Assembly (NCBI GenBank): GCA_973851085.1
Contig: OZ316776.1
Span: forward strand, 5,580,001-5,644,000
From: Ptychomitrium polyphyllum
Taxonomy: Eukaryota
DNA length: 64,000 nucleotides
Reading direction: 5' to 3'
Shown here: piece after piece, positions 41,421-52,831 of the stretch
How positions within the stretch are numbered: the stretch's first letter is position 1
Layout of the letters: each line of letters starts with the position of its first letter
Translations under genes and position numbers: made by a program
Notes under the pieces: model-generated
What the model saw: only the letters and a program-made list of their open reading frames with translations
The model's database searches: none
What the model was told of the DNA's origin: nothing

Positions 41421-41855
41421 TGTTACAGATAGAGTAACTTCAAAATTAGGCTCCAAGATTACAATATGTGGAACAAGATAAATGAAAGTATAATAGAGAT
41501 ATAGAGCTACAACAAGGTACAAAAGACAAGGACAAGGCTAGAAGATTTGAACAAGACCATAAGAGATGCATTGTCGAGACTAAAGAGCTTTTCAGCCTCG
41601 ACTCTTATATATATATATATATACTAGAACTACAAGCCTTGGAAGCTTCTTAAGAAGCTTTACCTACATTGCTTTGTACTCAAGTAACCTTGAGTGGTTT
41701 CCTTGGAAGTTCCTAGGCCGTGGTAACTTCCTTGAAAGCTTCCTAACCCAAAGATAACTTCTTTGGAAGTTTTTTAAGTCAAAGAAACTTCCTTGGAAGC
41801 TTCCTAAATCTTCTAAGAACCTTTTTAAATGCTTTTAATATGTATGTTTGTTACA
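41421..41855 (-). mobile_element. Solo LTR (435 bp) with perfect 5-bp TSD ATTAG
   Basis: TGTTACAGA...TTTGTTACA termini, with ATTAG at 41416-41420 and 41856-41860. Related to the 20.4/42.5-kb LTRs (CAAAATTAG.CTCCAAG, GAACAAGAC, GAGACTAA). Has (TA)9 at the TATA position and ~30-bp CTTCCTTGGAAGCTTCCTAA repeats. Confidence 0.8.
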
Positions 41856-42526
41856 ATTAGTCTTAGCAAGAAAGGTTTTTGTTGAAAAAGCAAAGAAAAT
41901 TAGATTTTGAAATTAAATTTTGAAATTAAATTTTCAAGTTAGGATTTAAAGTTAGGTTTTTTCAAATAGATTGAGGAGTTAGTTGATATAATTAATTTTA
42001 GCAAATAGGAATAGGCTATAAGCAAGGAAGTGATTAAGTGTATAGTAAGAAAAGTTGGTACTGGAGAAAGATAGAGACAACAATTAAGGCTCAGATTTTG
42101 CACCGTTAGTCCTTTATTGTGCAAGTGTAAGAACTGAAATTCAATGAGTTGGTAGAAGTAGTTATAAGCTTTCCACCAAGCTAAAGATCGCTCAATTTGG
42201 AGAAACATGGAAGAAATGGCAGCCATTCAAAGTGAAAGTGTCTTTCAGCTGGGCAATCTTGTAAGCTCAACTTTGGCCAAGCACATTTTGGTGGTCACAA
42301 GTCCAATTGCTACAAAACTTAATTGTACTAAAGCCGCTTGAAGTCTAGTTTTTAGAAATTCTAAGATTAAAGATTTGAACCACAAAGACGGTGACAGCGA
42401 CCAATTTTACTAGAGGATTTGTTGCCCCTTAAAAATAAAATGGCAACTCGAAGGTTGAGATTGGGAAGACCTTGTTTACATAATTAGTAGGTAATCTAAG
42501 TATATAGTTGGCCATATGCTATTGAA

Positions 42527-43129
42527 TGTTGGGGACACAAGAAACAATAAGCAGAAATGAAATGTTTCCCAAAAATTAGCTTCCAAAGCGCTAATGATTA
42601 ATAAGAACTTGATGCAAAGACTAGAACAAGACAGAATAAAAAATGATCCACAACTTGTGTTGGCAAGACTAAGGAATATCTTGTCTTGCCTCCTATTTAT
42701 ACTATGACGATTGTATCTCCTAGGATATTTCTAAATAAGCTTCCTACAAGGTTTAAGAATGTTCTAGAAGTCTATGGAACCTTCCTAAGAAGTTTCCTAA
42801 GATGTTGGAACCTTCCTAAAAACCTTCCAAGAAGTTGGAACCTTCTTAGGAAGTTTTGTGAAATGGTGAAATTTTTCTAGGAAGTTTTCTAAGATGATGG
42901 AACCATCATAGGAAGTTTCCGTGGGTGGTGGAACTTTTTTAGGAAGTTTCTTGAGATGATGGAACCTTCCTAGGATGTTTCTTGATGTGGAGGAATTTTC
43001 CTAAAAAGCTTCCTAAGAACGTGAAAATGGTTATGGAGACATTTGAAAGTATTTTAAGAAGCTACTATAATATACCAGAAGGTTCTAGGATGTTCTAAAG
43101 ACTATGTTGCATGATCCATGTCCATGACA
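42527..43129 (-). mobile_element. Solo LTR (603 bp) with perfect 5-bp TSD TTGAA
   Basis: TGTTGGGGAC...GTCCATGACA termini, with TTGAA at 42522-42526 and 43130-43134. Minus-strand TATAAATA at ~42700. Confidence 0.9.
42776..43020. repeat. ~31-bp tandem array, 8 units, with palindromic core CTTCCTAGGAAG, inside the solo LTR
   Basis: Units start at about 42776, 42807, 42837, 42868, 42899, 42930, 42961 and 42992. Confidence 0.85.
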
Positions 43130-46100
43130 TTGAATTACATTGTAATTCATGCTACAACATTAATGTTAGACTAAATATGTAGCATTTTATTCAATGAGGA
43201 AGTTAGGTTCAACTAAGCAATTTTCAATTGGACTACAATGCGACATAAGTAATTGCATATAGTAGGATTGTGTGAACTAATAATCCTTCTACTAGTGGAA
43301 ATATATTTGGCCACTACATAAATTCTAGAACTTCATTTTTGTATCTAATGGATGCCTTGAGTTATTGCTACACTCATATATATGTTTCCTATTATCAAAT
43401 TATTAAAATAAATTAAAGTTTTTAATTTTTAATAGGGGGTGAGTACTTCAAGGGTAAATTACTGCAGTTCACCTACTATCGGAAGAGAGGCCTAACAAAC
43501 CATACAAACCAAAACAAGATTGGATTTGCCACATGGAGCTAATGCTCACCCTTGTAATGCTCAGCCCAGACATCATCCACAGACTTCAGAGTCAGAAATG
43601 TTTGTTCAGCTGTAACCAGAATGCCCAAGATTTTATGTACTACATGCAGCATGACACCACAACAAAACCATGCCCTATATTAGTCATAATACACAATAAA
43701 GTGAAAAGCCTTGATATATCACATACATTGACCTAGAATATTATTAATTGAGTATTCTATGCAACTTTGCGTTTGAAACATATATAAATTAAAAGGAGCA
43801 CCAATACCATACTGTAGCATTCTTCATTTCACAATCTTGGCTAACAGTATTAGGGAAGTTACATGATGCCATAACTTTTTATTCAAAATTTTGCTTTTAT
43901 CAAAGAAAGATGTACAAGTAATATTTATATTGTAAAACCTACATGTACACAACTGATCAAAATATTCACCATAAATAAAAAGTTGTAGATTAATATGTTT
44001 TCATTTTGTAAAATACTATTAGTCAAAATTAATATAATTGAAGCAACTTATCATTTTGAAGATAATTAATTCATCTTCAAAATGTTTAAAATTCAATAAC
44101 AAATGTTGGTGAACACACATGTGTAGTCAATGCATGAAAGTTTAAGTTTAAATTGCTGATTTGGATCATTTACTCCTTCAATCTTTAATTGAACATGGTC
44201 TTAAGAATTATGTTATATTTTCCAAAGATAGAATTATATTTCCAAAATATAGTATGTAGAAGTCATAAAATGAAAGTTGTGAATTTAAAGAAGTGGTTAA
44301 ATATTCATATTTTAATTCTTTAGCATTAAGTCTCTAAGATAGAATAGATGGTCTAGAGATTGTTAAATTAAGAGTCCATGTAAACTAAAAAGTATTTCCA
44401 ATTTGCTTTATAATAATGCCAAGAATGTTATAAAACTTGCAAAAAAAATTTATCATAAAATTTATAAATATATGAACTTTTGGTTGAAATGTTCCAATAT
44501 ACATCCACTCATAACAACAATCTTTAATAATAATTAAAAAACTTAAATAATGAGGTTTACATGACATATAATTAGGAGTCTTAATATTGTATATTGTCAC
44601 TATGTGATAATATTATTACTATTAATTTACATATGTTTTCGTTTTGGAGCAAGTACTTAAATTTTGTGGTTTCATAAAACTAAATTTATAAATTGCTATT
44701 GAAGTCTCTACAAAAAACTTTACAAAAAGCTTCACACTTTTTTTTGAATATAATTTTGTAGTCCAAATTTCATGCATTTTATTTATATTTAAATGTTTTT
44801 CAAAAAAATGTTAAATATTACTATATTTTAGAGGGCTATTCCAAAACAAAACCAATACAATGAATTGTTTAATATGTGAAAAAATGATATTTTAATAGTT
44901 TAATAAGATTTTCCATTTAAAAATAATTCATTGCATGTTTATGTTGGTTTTTTTTTTTTTGGATAAATCATATCCTTGATTAATCAATTATAAAAAACCT
45001 ATTATTAAATATTTAAAGATTATATAAAAGAATAATTTAAAAAAAATTATATATGATTAATTTAATAACATTCTATTACGTTTTCAAAAAAATTGAGTGA
45101 ATAAATAATTTCAAACTGTCAAATTTTAAATATTTTCTTCTTAATCGAACTTCACAAGGACTGTAGAAATTACATATTTTAAGGCATATAAGTTTTATTA
45201 AGTTTTTAAAAATCATTTAAATGTTAAAGCTAGAATAAAGCATGTATGATGAATTTTATATCACACAAGTTATTAGAAAAGTTGGTTTAGTTTTAATGAT
45301 TTATAAAAATCAAATTCATTATGATATTCTAATAATGGTGCACCAAATGCAGTGATATTGGTACATAACATTTTTCTACAAATTAAAGAGGACATGATGG
45401 AGTAGAATTAAATTGTTGGTTTAGAACAAATAAATCTTATTTTATAATACACATTTATAAGATACTAGAATTTTTCATAATCCTTTTAAAGAATAATGTG
45501 ACTTTTGCGATTTATTATTTTGGGTGTTCCATCTAAAAATAAGGCTAAAATCAACACTGGTCATTTTTGTCATTTTGGTCATTTTAGAGGCATGATTTTT
45601 CTTCACAATGGTGTACAAATGGGTTTTAAATGTAACGCAGGTGGGTTGGGTTTTGTAATGGATTTTACCAGCTGAGAAATTTGGTTGTTGGGTGGGCTTA
45701 CATGGAGGAGAGCTCAACACCTATGAGGTTTCCTTGGGCCCACAGAGCCTACTTGTTGTCTACCAAATGGCTCACGTCATCAAGGACACCCCAAGGACAA
45801 TGAAGCCCATGTATCAACAGTGTCACACAAAACCTGAGGTGGCAGTGTTTTTTGTACATTATATTCACCTCTCAAAGTGCATGCTGTATGATGTGACTCA
45901 CTGGCAAATATAACATAGACATTGTAAACTGTCCTTCACTTCAAACCGTTTCTTATAGATACAACTTTTTTGGACTTACAAAATACTTTCATATCATTTT
46001 GATGTGAAATAACCTACACTATTTAAAAAAATATTTAGCACAAATATTATGTTATAAAAAACATTTAGCAAATTTTGGTAATCTGAAAAAAACCACAAAA

Positions 46101-47869
46101 CAATTTTAGTACCATTGGTTATGGTGCACAACCATCTGGCTGGAGAATGTTATGCTAAAGTATAATTTAATGTTGAGAATGATTGATAATATTTACCAAT
46201 CTTTGTGTAGGACAATGAAAAATGGTGTAATTTTGTATACAAAAGTCTATCACATATTAATATTTTCCAATTATCATGTAACAACATAGTTGCAAAAATT
46301 GAAAACTTCAATAATAGTTTCTTAAACTAGCAATAATGAGAACTAATAAGTGATCATTTGTAGCAAGAGTGAGCCATCATCACCACCACTTATATTGTTG
46401 AAATCCAATTCTTTCATGGACATTGTACTAAGTATTTTTATTTTTATATTCTTGCCTTGCTATAGTTTCAAGCATGTTCATTTCCCAATGGTAATGTAGT
46501 TCAATTCTATACCTTTACTATGACTTAATATTTCAAAAGAACTTTAATAGTCTTATTGCTAAGAATTAGTATTAATAAGAGTTTTAAAGTAACAACTATT
46601 TAAATGGCTTTTCAAAAATCTCAAATTTTAGAAATTTTTGAAAATGATGGTTGAAGGTTCATTTTCTTTGATTAATTTGGATATGTAAAACATATCATAT
46701 TTCTTATTATATAGATTCTATAGTTATTATCATAAGTAAAAAATAATATAATACAATTTATTTCCAAAAAAGACCTGCTTATAAATACTATAAATAAAGG
46801 GCAACTTTGTTTTGATGCAATTTTTGGAAGGAAACAACACCTTACACGTTTTTACTGGCTTGAATTTTTAATGTTACAAAAAACAATAACATTTCTTTTC
46901 AAATTTATTACTTATATAACATAGCAATAACAAAATTGTGTAGAACCTATGTTATGCATTTATAATACATAATGACAGCATTTTTTAGATGTTATTGATA
47001 TTGACATGTCTATTGATTATATATGCAATTATACATATATCATTTAACAAGTCAATTGCTTCTTATAATAAAAATTTGATAAAATATAAAAGCTCATGAG
47101 CAAGAGAACATTTTCAATATTGTATTATAAACAATACATATTTATAATTACAAGATATTAATAATATCTTTAACTATAACAATATATATAAATTTCAAAA
47201 AAAGAAAAGAGTAGAGTATATGATTTTAAAGATGTATATTAGAAGTGTGAGCCTTGAATTTAGCTTTAAAAAAGCTTTAAATGTAACAAATATGACAATT
47301 TATAATGGTTACAAATTAAATCTTGTATATTGTTCTTAAGCACTCCATGCACAAACTTTTTAAGATTCATATCTCATTTATATGGTATTTAAACTTTATT
47401 GAATTTGAAATTGTTATATTTTTATATAATCTCACAAAACTAATTTTTTTAAAAATGTTTTATATTGATTAATATATTTAACAATAGAAACTCACAACTA
47501 AAGAACCCATGTATTACAATTGATCCCAAACCAATCTCAATTTCACCAATTGGTTAAATTTCCTTACCTTTTATTAAATTTTTTAATTTCAATTTTCACC
47601 AAAACATTTTGACTTGCAAGAGATAATGATCACCATGCATTTTATGCACTTTTATCAAAAAATTTTAATCTTCAACAATGCACAAAATGACAATATAGTT
47701 GAAAACTCATTATGATTTGGAGCTTGTACTGCATAATCAACACACCTATATACACATACTTTTCATTTGAAAGTGCATAAACTTTCCTATTCGTGAGGCA
47801 ACCAAATATCATGTGGGATCACTTACACACCTGTATACTCCACACCTGCATACTCCTCTTGTAGCATTT

Positions 47870-48330
47870 GAAAATAAGAAAGAAGGTGGGGAGTGAAGGG
47901 CCCAAAATTCACAACTGGACAGCAAAGAGAGGTGCAAAATACTTCAAGAGGGGCAGGTGGGTGAGGGCGAAGACGCGCCCAGAAGCAAAAGCGACAGCTG
48001 CACCGGCGAGGCAACCAAGGGAAGGCCCAAGAGCCAACGCAGGACACCAAAGGAAGCCTCACCGCGAGCCCATTCCCGCCATCCCATTCGGCATAATAAT
48101 GGCAGCCAGGCTCGCCAGCGCCGGAGCACGAGCAAATCTGGCGCCTCTTAGCGACCACCCTCCATATGCTTCCAGCCTCGTCCGCCGCTCATCCCACATC
48201 GTCTCCGGCCACCCAATACCCCACCGTTTATCCATCCCTAAATCCCACGTTACATCCATCCACCCCGCGGCCGCTCTGGGAGCGCCAACCAGCATTCATT
48301 AGGAGCCTGGATTCAGTTGATTCAACGCAT
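47870..48330 (+). promoter_or_regulatory. GC/CpG-rich promoter region of the TPR gene
   Basis: Abrupt switch from AT-rich TE debris to CpG-rich sequence, with site II motifs GGCCCA at ~47899 and ~48024. Confidence 0.5.
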
Positions 48331-49385
48331 GACCACCATCAGAATCTCAGTGAGCGGTTACAGAGCTCGCACAGCCCAATTCCAGAGCGACTGAGTTGTT
48401 GCGGAGCTGTAAAGCGTGTCAGACGTGGTGCTCTGTTCGTCGCAGCCGGGAAGAGAAAGAGGGAGAGTTAGGACGTTGAGGCCGAGAGAGAACGACGTGA
48501 CGAGTCTGCAAAAGGTTGGAGAGCTGCAATCGTGAGTGCTAGTCCCGTGTTACCAAGTGTGCGAGCTTTGTGCGGATTTTTTCTAGGTACAATTTCGTGG
48601 GGGTTCCATCGCTACCCAGCCGAGGCCCCAGAACCTTCGCGTGCCCCAGCTGTCTCTTTGAGGACTGCGTATTTCTGCATCCGTTGTACGCTTGTCGCCT
48701 TCTGGACGAGGAAATCGAGTCACACTTGAATGAATGCTTTCTCGCGACATGATACCGTCTGTACCTCACTTGCCCGGGTTAGCCTTCCGTCCATCAGTAG
48801 AGTAGCTTTTGTGTGCTCCCTTGTTTCGGGCGACACTAAACTTACTTAATTGATGCAGCATGGGCTCGTGCCCAAGGACCTTTTGTTTCCTCGTAGACTT
48901 ATAGCTCGTATAATTTGCCAATCTGACTGCATTATTTATCGCGGTGGTGAGTTTCACCAAATCGCAACTGAGTCACCTTGTGAACCTCAGAACCGTTGAC
49001 TCATCTTTTCCTCGTCTTCTCAACCCTGCGAGATCATTTGAATGATAGCTTCAAGCATAGACGAGCGTTGTGTTTTTTCCAGCAGCGTTGTTCTCTAGGT
49101 GAGACATTTTGAGAAGGAGTGAAAGAGATTCTGTGTAGAGAGAAGTTTGTTGCGTGCGTTGGGTGGATTTTGTTGAGTGTTGGTTGTTACTAGATGGGAG
49201 AAATATGACGGACGGACTAGTGAGCGTCGTCGTAGTGACAAGGGCTACTATGTTTTGCTACATCAGCTGGTTCTGGTGAAGATTTTCGTGGAGTTTCTCG
49301 GTGCGGTGTGAGGGTGGTGTGGTGGTTGGCTATTATTGCGTTTGGGGAGAGACATTATTGTAAATACCAAACTCCTAAGGAGTGA

Positions 49386-51351
49386 ATGTTTCTGGACGCT
49401 GTAGTGGTTTCTGTTAAACCATCGCTCGCCATGGCCGCATCGACATCCCTACACACGCCGCTGTCGCTCGACATTATGCCCGAGGAGGGGAGGCCGGTGC
49501 TACGACGCCAGGGCTCGCTGACCACGGGCAGCAACTCCCCGAAAGTGGACTGGAGGGCCACCTCGCCCAGAGTAGGGGGCACTAAGCCGTCGGGAGGGCA
49601 GGGCGTGAGCACCATCCGCCGCGCGCAATCGGTGGGCTCCGCTCTGTCGGATTTTTTGGGTGGCGGCTCCTCCAGGAAGTTCCTCGAGGATAATTCCTTA
49701 GTGAGGAGGTCGGGCAGCCGCGGCTGCTTGGCGAGCTTGGAAGCGAGCAGTAATGCTAAGACCATACTGGATGGGATTGAGGGCGACGATAGGTGGGAGA
49801 GGCTCGAGGAAGATCGAGAGTGGGATTTCGCAACGCTTGACAGCACGCTTCGCCCCGGAGGTATGTTGCACCGGGATACATTCCCTTCCCCTCAATTTCT
49901 CCCGCAGGAGTGGCAGAGCTTCGGAACCGGCAAGGGCAAGGGCAAGGAGTCACTCCCTTACTCTGCCAACGCTCGCACGCAACTCAAGCGCTCCACTTCC
50001 ACGGGCCACAAGCTAACCAAGACGAAGTCTATTGTGGCGGAGCAAGTGCAGGAGTCGTTCGATTCTTTGAAAGATCGGTTGGAGTCGTCATTGAAGATGC
50101 AGCCCGAGTGTTCGTATGCACCCCCTTCGACACCCCTTCCCCCAGTCATCCCCAATGTCGCTCTACCCCCTGCTTCTTCCTGTCAAGACGTAGGTGTCGT
50201 CGGGTTAGCCAAGGGCGTGGGCGGGTTGAAACTCTCCACGCTCCCACGCAGCCTCAAGCGGCGCAAGAACAAGGAGCGGAACGGGCGCTCGTGCGCCATG
50301 TCAAATGCGTTCTCCGCGTTGGTGTTCATCATTAAGAGCATGCACGGGCACGCGCTGGAAATGCAGGAGGATCACTTGATGAAGCTCGTGACGCCAATGC
50401 AACGCGACATGGACTTGTCGTTTGCGTGGCTTTTTCAGCAGGTGTTCGCCACCACGCCAGAATACATGCTCTCCATCATGGTCCTCCTCGCGGAATTCAC
50501 CGTGCACTCTTTCGGGGAGGACATGGCCCTTACATCCGCTTTAGCTATGGCGAACTGGAAGGCGAACTCCCCTCGTCCTCCCTGCCCAGCCAAAGAAGGC
50601 GTCTCCGCTGGCTTGATGAAGGAGCTCAACCGACGCCACGAAGCCGCCCTTGCTGCCAAACACGAAGATATCGCCGAAACGCACCTCGAAAGTCTTTCAG
50701 ATGGGTTGCCTAGTCCCACGAGTAGGAAGATCTCTGCCGAGGAGGAGAAGATTATGCACGCATTGATGGTCGAGGCCATAGCGGAGATGAAGACAAACTC
50801 AGGATGGGAACCGCTTTCTGTTGTGGACAAGGAAGTCATGAAGAAGCTTGTTGCTCCAGTGCAAGTCACTATGAGTCCTGACAACTATTCCTGCTTCGAC
50901 AGAACAGATTTGGAGTATCAGCACGCTATCAGCTCCCAGCCCACGAATGTCATGCTGCTCTCAAACTACGCCCAGTTTCTCTATGTCGTCCGCCATGATA
51001 ACAACAGGTAGAAATTTTTCACCATAGCCTGCTCCAATTCTCTGGTGTGTTTTTATAACGATTAGTATGTTTTGTTTATGTTGTCTGACATGTGGGAGGG
51101 GTTCGGTTATCAGGGCGGAAGAGTACTTCCATCGTGCCATTCGAGCAGATCCGTCCGACGGCGAAGTTCTGGGCCGATTTGCAACTTTTCTGTGGCTGGG
51201 TCGAGGTGACCAGGAGACGGCGGAAAGAGCCTTTAGGGCCGCCGCTGCGTTGGACCCCACAAACCCATACCACGCAGGGAACTACTCTCATTTTTTGTGG
51301 CACTCGGAGGATCCCAAGCGCGTTGCGACATGCTACGTCGGGAGTGAGTGA
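49386..51351 (+). CDS. Plant tetratricopeptide-repeat (TPR) protein, At1g07280/At2g29670-like, ~619 aa, 2 coding exons
   Basis: Exons 49386-51007 and 51114-51351 (AG|GTAG...TCAG|G, phase 2). Conserved block AFSALVFIIKSM...SFAWLFQQVFATTPEYMLSIMVLLAEFTVHS, and C-terminal TPRs (LLSNYAQFLYVVRHDNNRAEEYFHRAIRADPSDGEVLGRFATFLW...NYSHFLW). The start could instead be the ATG at 49431. Confidence 0.9.
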
Positions 51352-52560
51352 TGATTTGTCGAAATGATTGAAGGAGTCGTGTCATGTATCAGCCAATGTG
51401 TGAATGTGATCGTCGTAATACAACCATCCAACTCCAACCATCCGATTTTCGCAAACCAGAATGCTTTGTGATGCTTGCACATTGGGATTTAGTGCTTAGC
51501 AGATAATATAATTAGTTGTTTTTTTATTAGCGTTGACGTTCCTCTGGAAGATATAACCATTGGGTTTTTAGCTTAGTGTCATACGATTCACCTGAAGAGA
51601 CCCTCAAGCAATGGGGTTTTTGGTGTAACTCACAATTTTGATATGAGTGTATAAAGCCGGTGTGACGAAGAAGATGATGAAGGTTGCTAGGTAGATGACA
51701 TTAGGGTTTAATTTATGTAACTGATGGTGCTTGTACCAAAATGTAGTTATTGAAAAGTTGGAGATGATTGATCAAGTTACTTTTGGCAATGGCCGATGCG
51801 ATACACAATGCGATTACAAGTTCCGCTGATCTTTAGTCTTCTTTGTAACTCTTTGAAATTATAATCTTGACCATGAATCTTGTGTTAAAGACGTTCACAC
51901 TCAGTTACAGAATGTTACACAAGTGTGCTCATGGCACCATGTGGAACTGACTTACAAGTAGTTGCAGAGTTGTTCAAGCTTTTTCTGTGAAGTAGTTCAC
52001 GAGAACTTGAAGGAGTCTACAGTAATCGTTTACCTGCTCAGTCACTGGCACGCAGTGGTTATTGCAATCTCAAGCAAATCACGGGCCTCAACGTACATCC
52101 GTTTTGGGTGCTCGGTTTGAGGAGAGACGTGATGAGAGTGGGATGATCGTTTCTCTGATTCTTGAACCCGAGGAATCTGAGTGAGCGCTTAAGTTGGCAT
52201 ATATTTGCAAGTGGTTACGAAGATTCGGTGGCTGACATTCTTTGAACACATGTGCTGGAAGCTGGAACAGGAAACATCTACCAACGATATCTTGGAGGGC
52301 ATGGTGCTTATGCTCTGAATTGTCGAAACGTAATGCCATCGCCCTAAAAGTGTGACTCAGCACAGAATGTTTAGATACAAAGATTCTTCCGAAAAGGTTG
52401 GATTGGAAATTTTTCAACATCTAGTTATAACCTGTAGAGATGATCGCAGTTTTGATGTTTCGATATGTGTTGTTGTGTTGATGTATGCTCTTTGAGGAGA
52501 CTGTACGAGGTTATTGCTGGAAAATGATTACGCTGAAGGTGTACGTTTGAAAGGCGGAAT

Positions 52561-52776
52561 ATGGGTTGAAACGTGATTAGTGTGTTTATGCGCTAAAATC
52601 GCGATGTCCTGTTCCCTTGAGCTCATTCTTGCGAGAACTTTAACCTCGTTTGCGCAAGGAGGGGTTGATGGGTTGAAACGTGATTAGTGTGTTTATGCGC
52701 TAAAATCGCGATGTCCTGTTCCCTTGAGCTCATTCTTGCGAGAACTTTAACCTCGTTTGCGCAAGGAGGGGTTGAT
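52561..52776 (+). repeat. Perfect 107-bp tandem duplication just upstream of the RNase H2C start codon
   Basis: 52561-52667 equals 52668-52774, plus AT. Confidence 0.95.
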
Positions 52777-52831
52777 TAGTGCCGTAGAGTCTTAGTTTTG
52801 CAATAGCAGAAGGGGCCCTGGGTAAGAAGAA

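Larger units (their letters stand above)
40698..42526 (+). mobile_element. Truncated older Gypsy-like LTR retroelement (5' LTR plus start of internal region), interrupted by a solo LTR and bounded by another
   Basis: Starts TGTAGATAG, carries a U3-like ~18-bp tandem array and TATAAAAG at ~41348. After removing the 41421-41855 insert, the LTR is followed by ATTAGTCTTAGCAAG (decayed PBS-like) and purine-rich internal sequence that includes ATGGCAACTCGAAGGTTGAGATTGGGAAGACCT (MATRRLRLGRP, possible gag start). Confidence 0.55.

Noticed and set aside
47823..48471. Cluster of overlapping 60-144 aa ORFs
   Set aside because: By-product of the GC-rich promoter; mostly non-ATG starts and no recognisable domains.
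49355..50884. Antisense and alternate-frame ORFs over the TPR exon
   Set aside because: Shadow ORFs of a GC-rich coding exon.
52129..52180. C/D-box snoRNA-like pattern (GTGATGA...CTGA...CTGA); similar at 51674-51724
   Set aside because: Only about 50 nt, no terminal stem and no recognisable rRNA-complementary guide. An Infernal or snoScan run would settle it.
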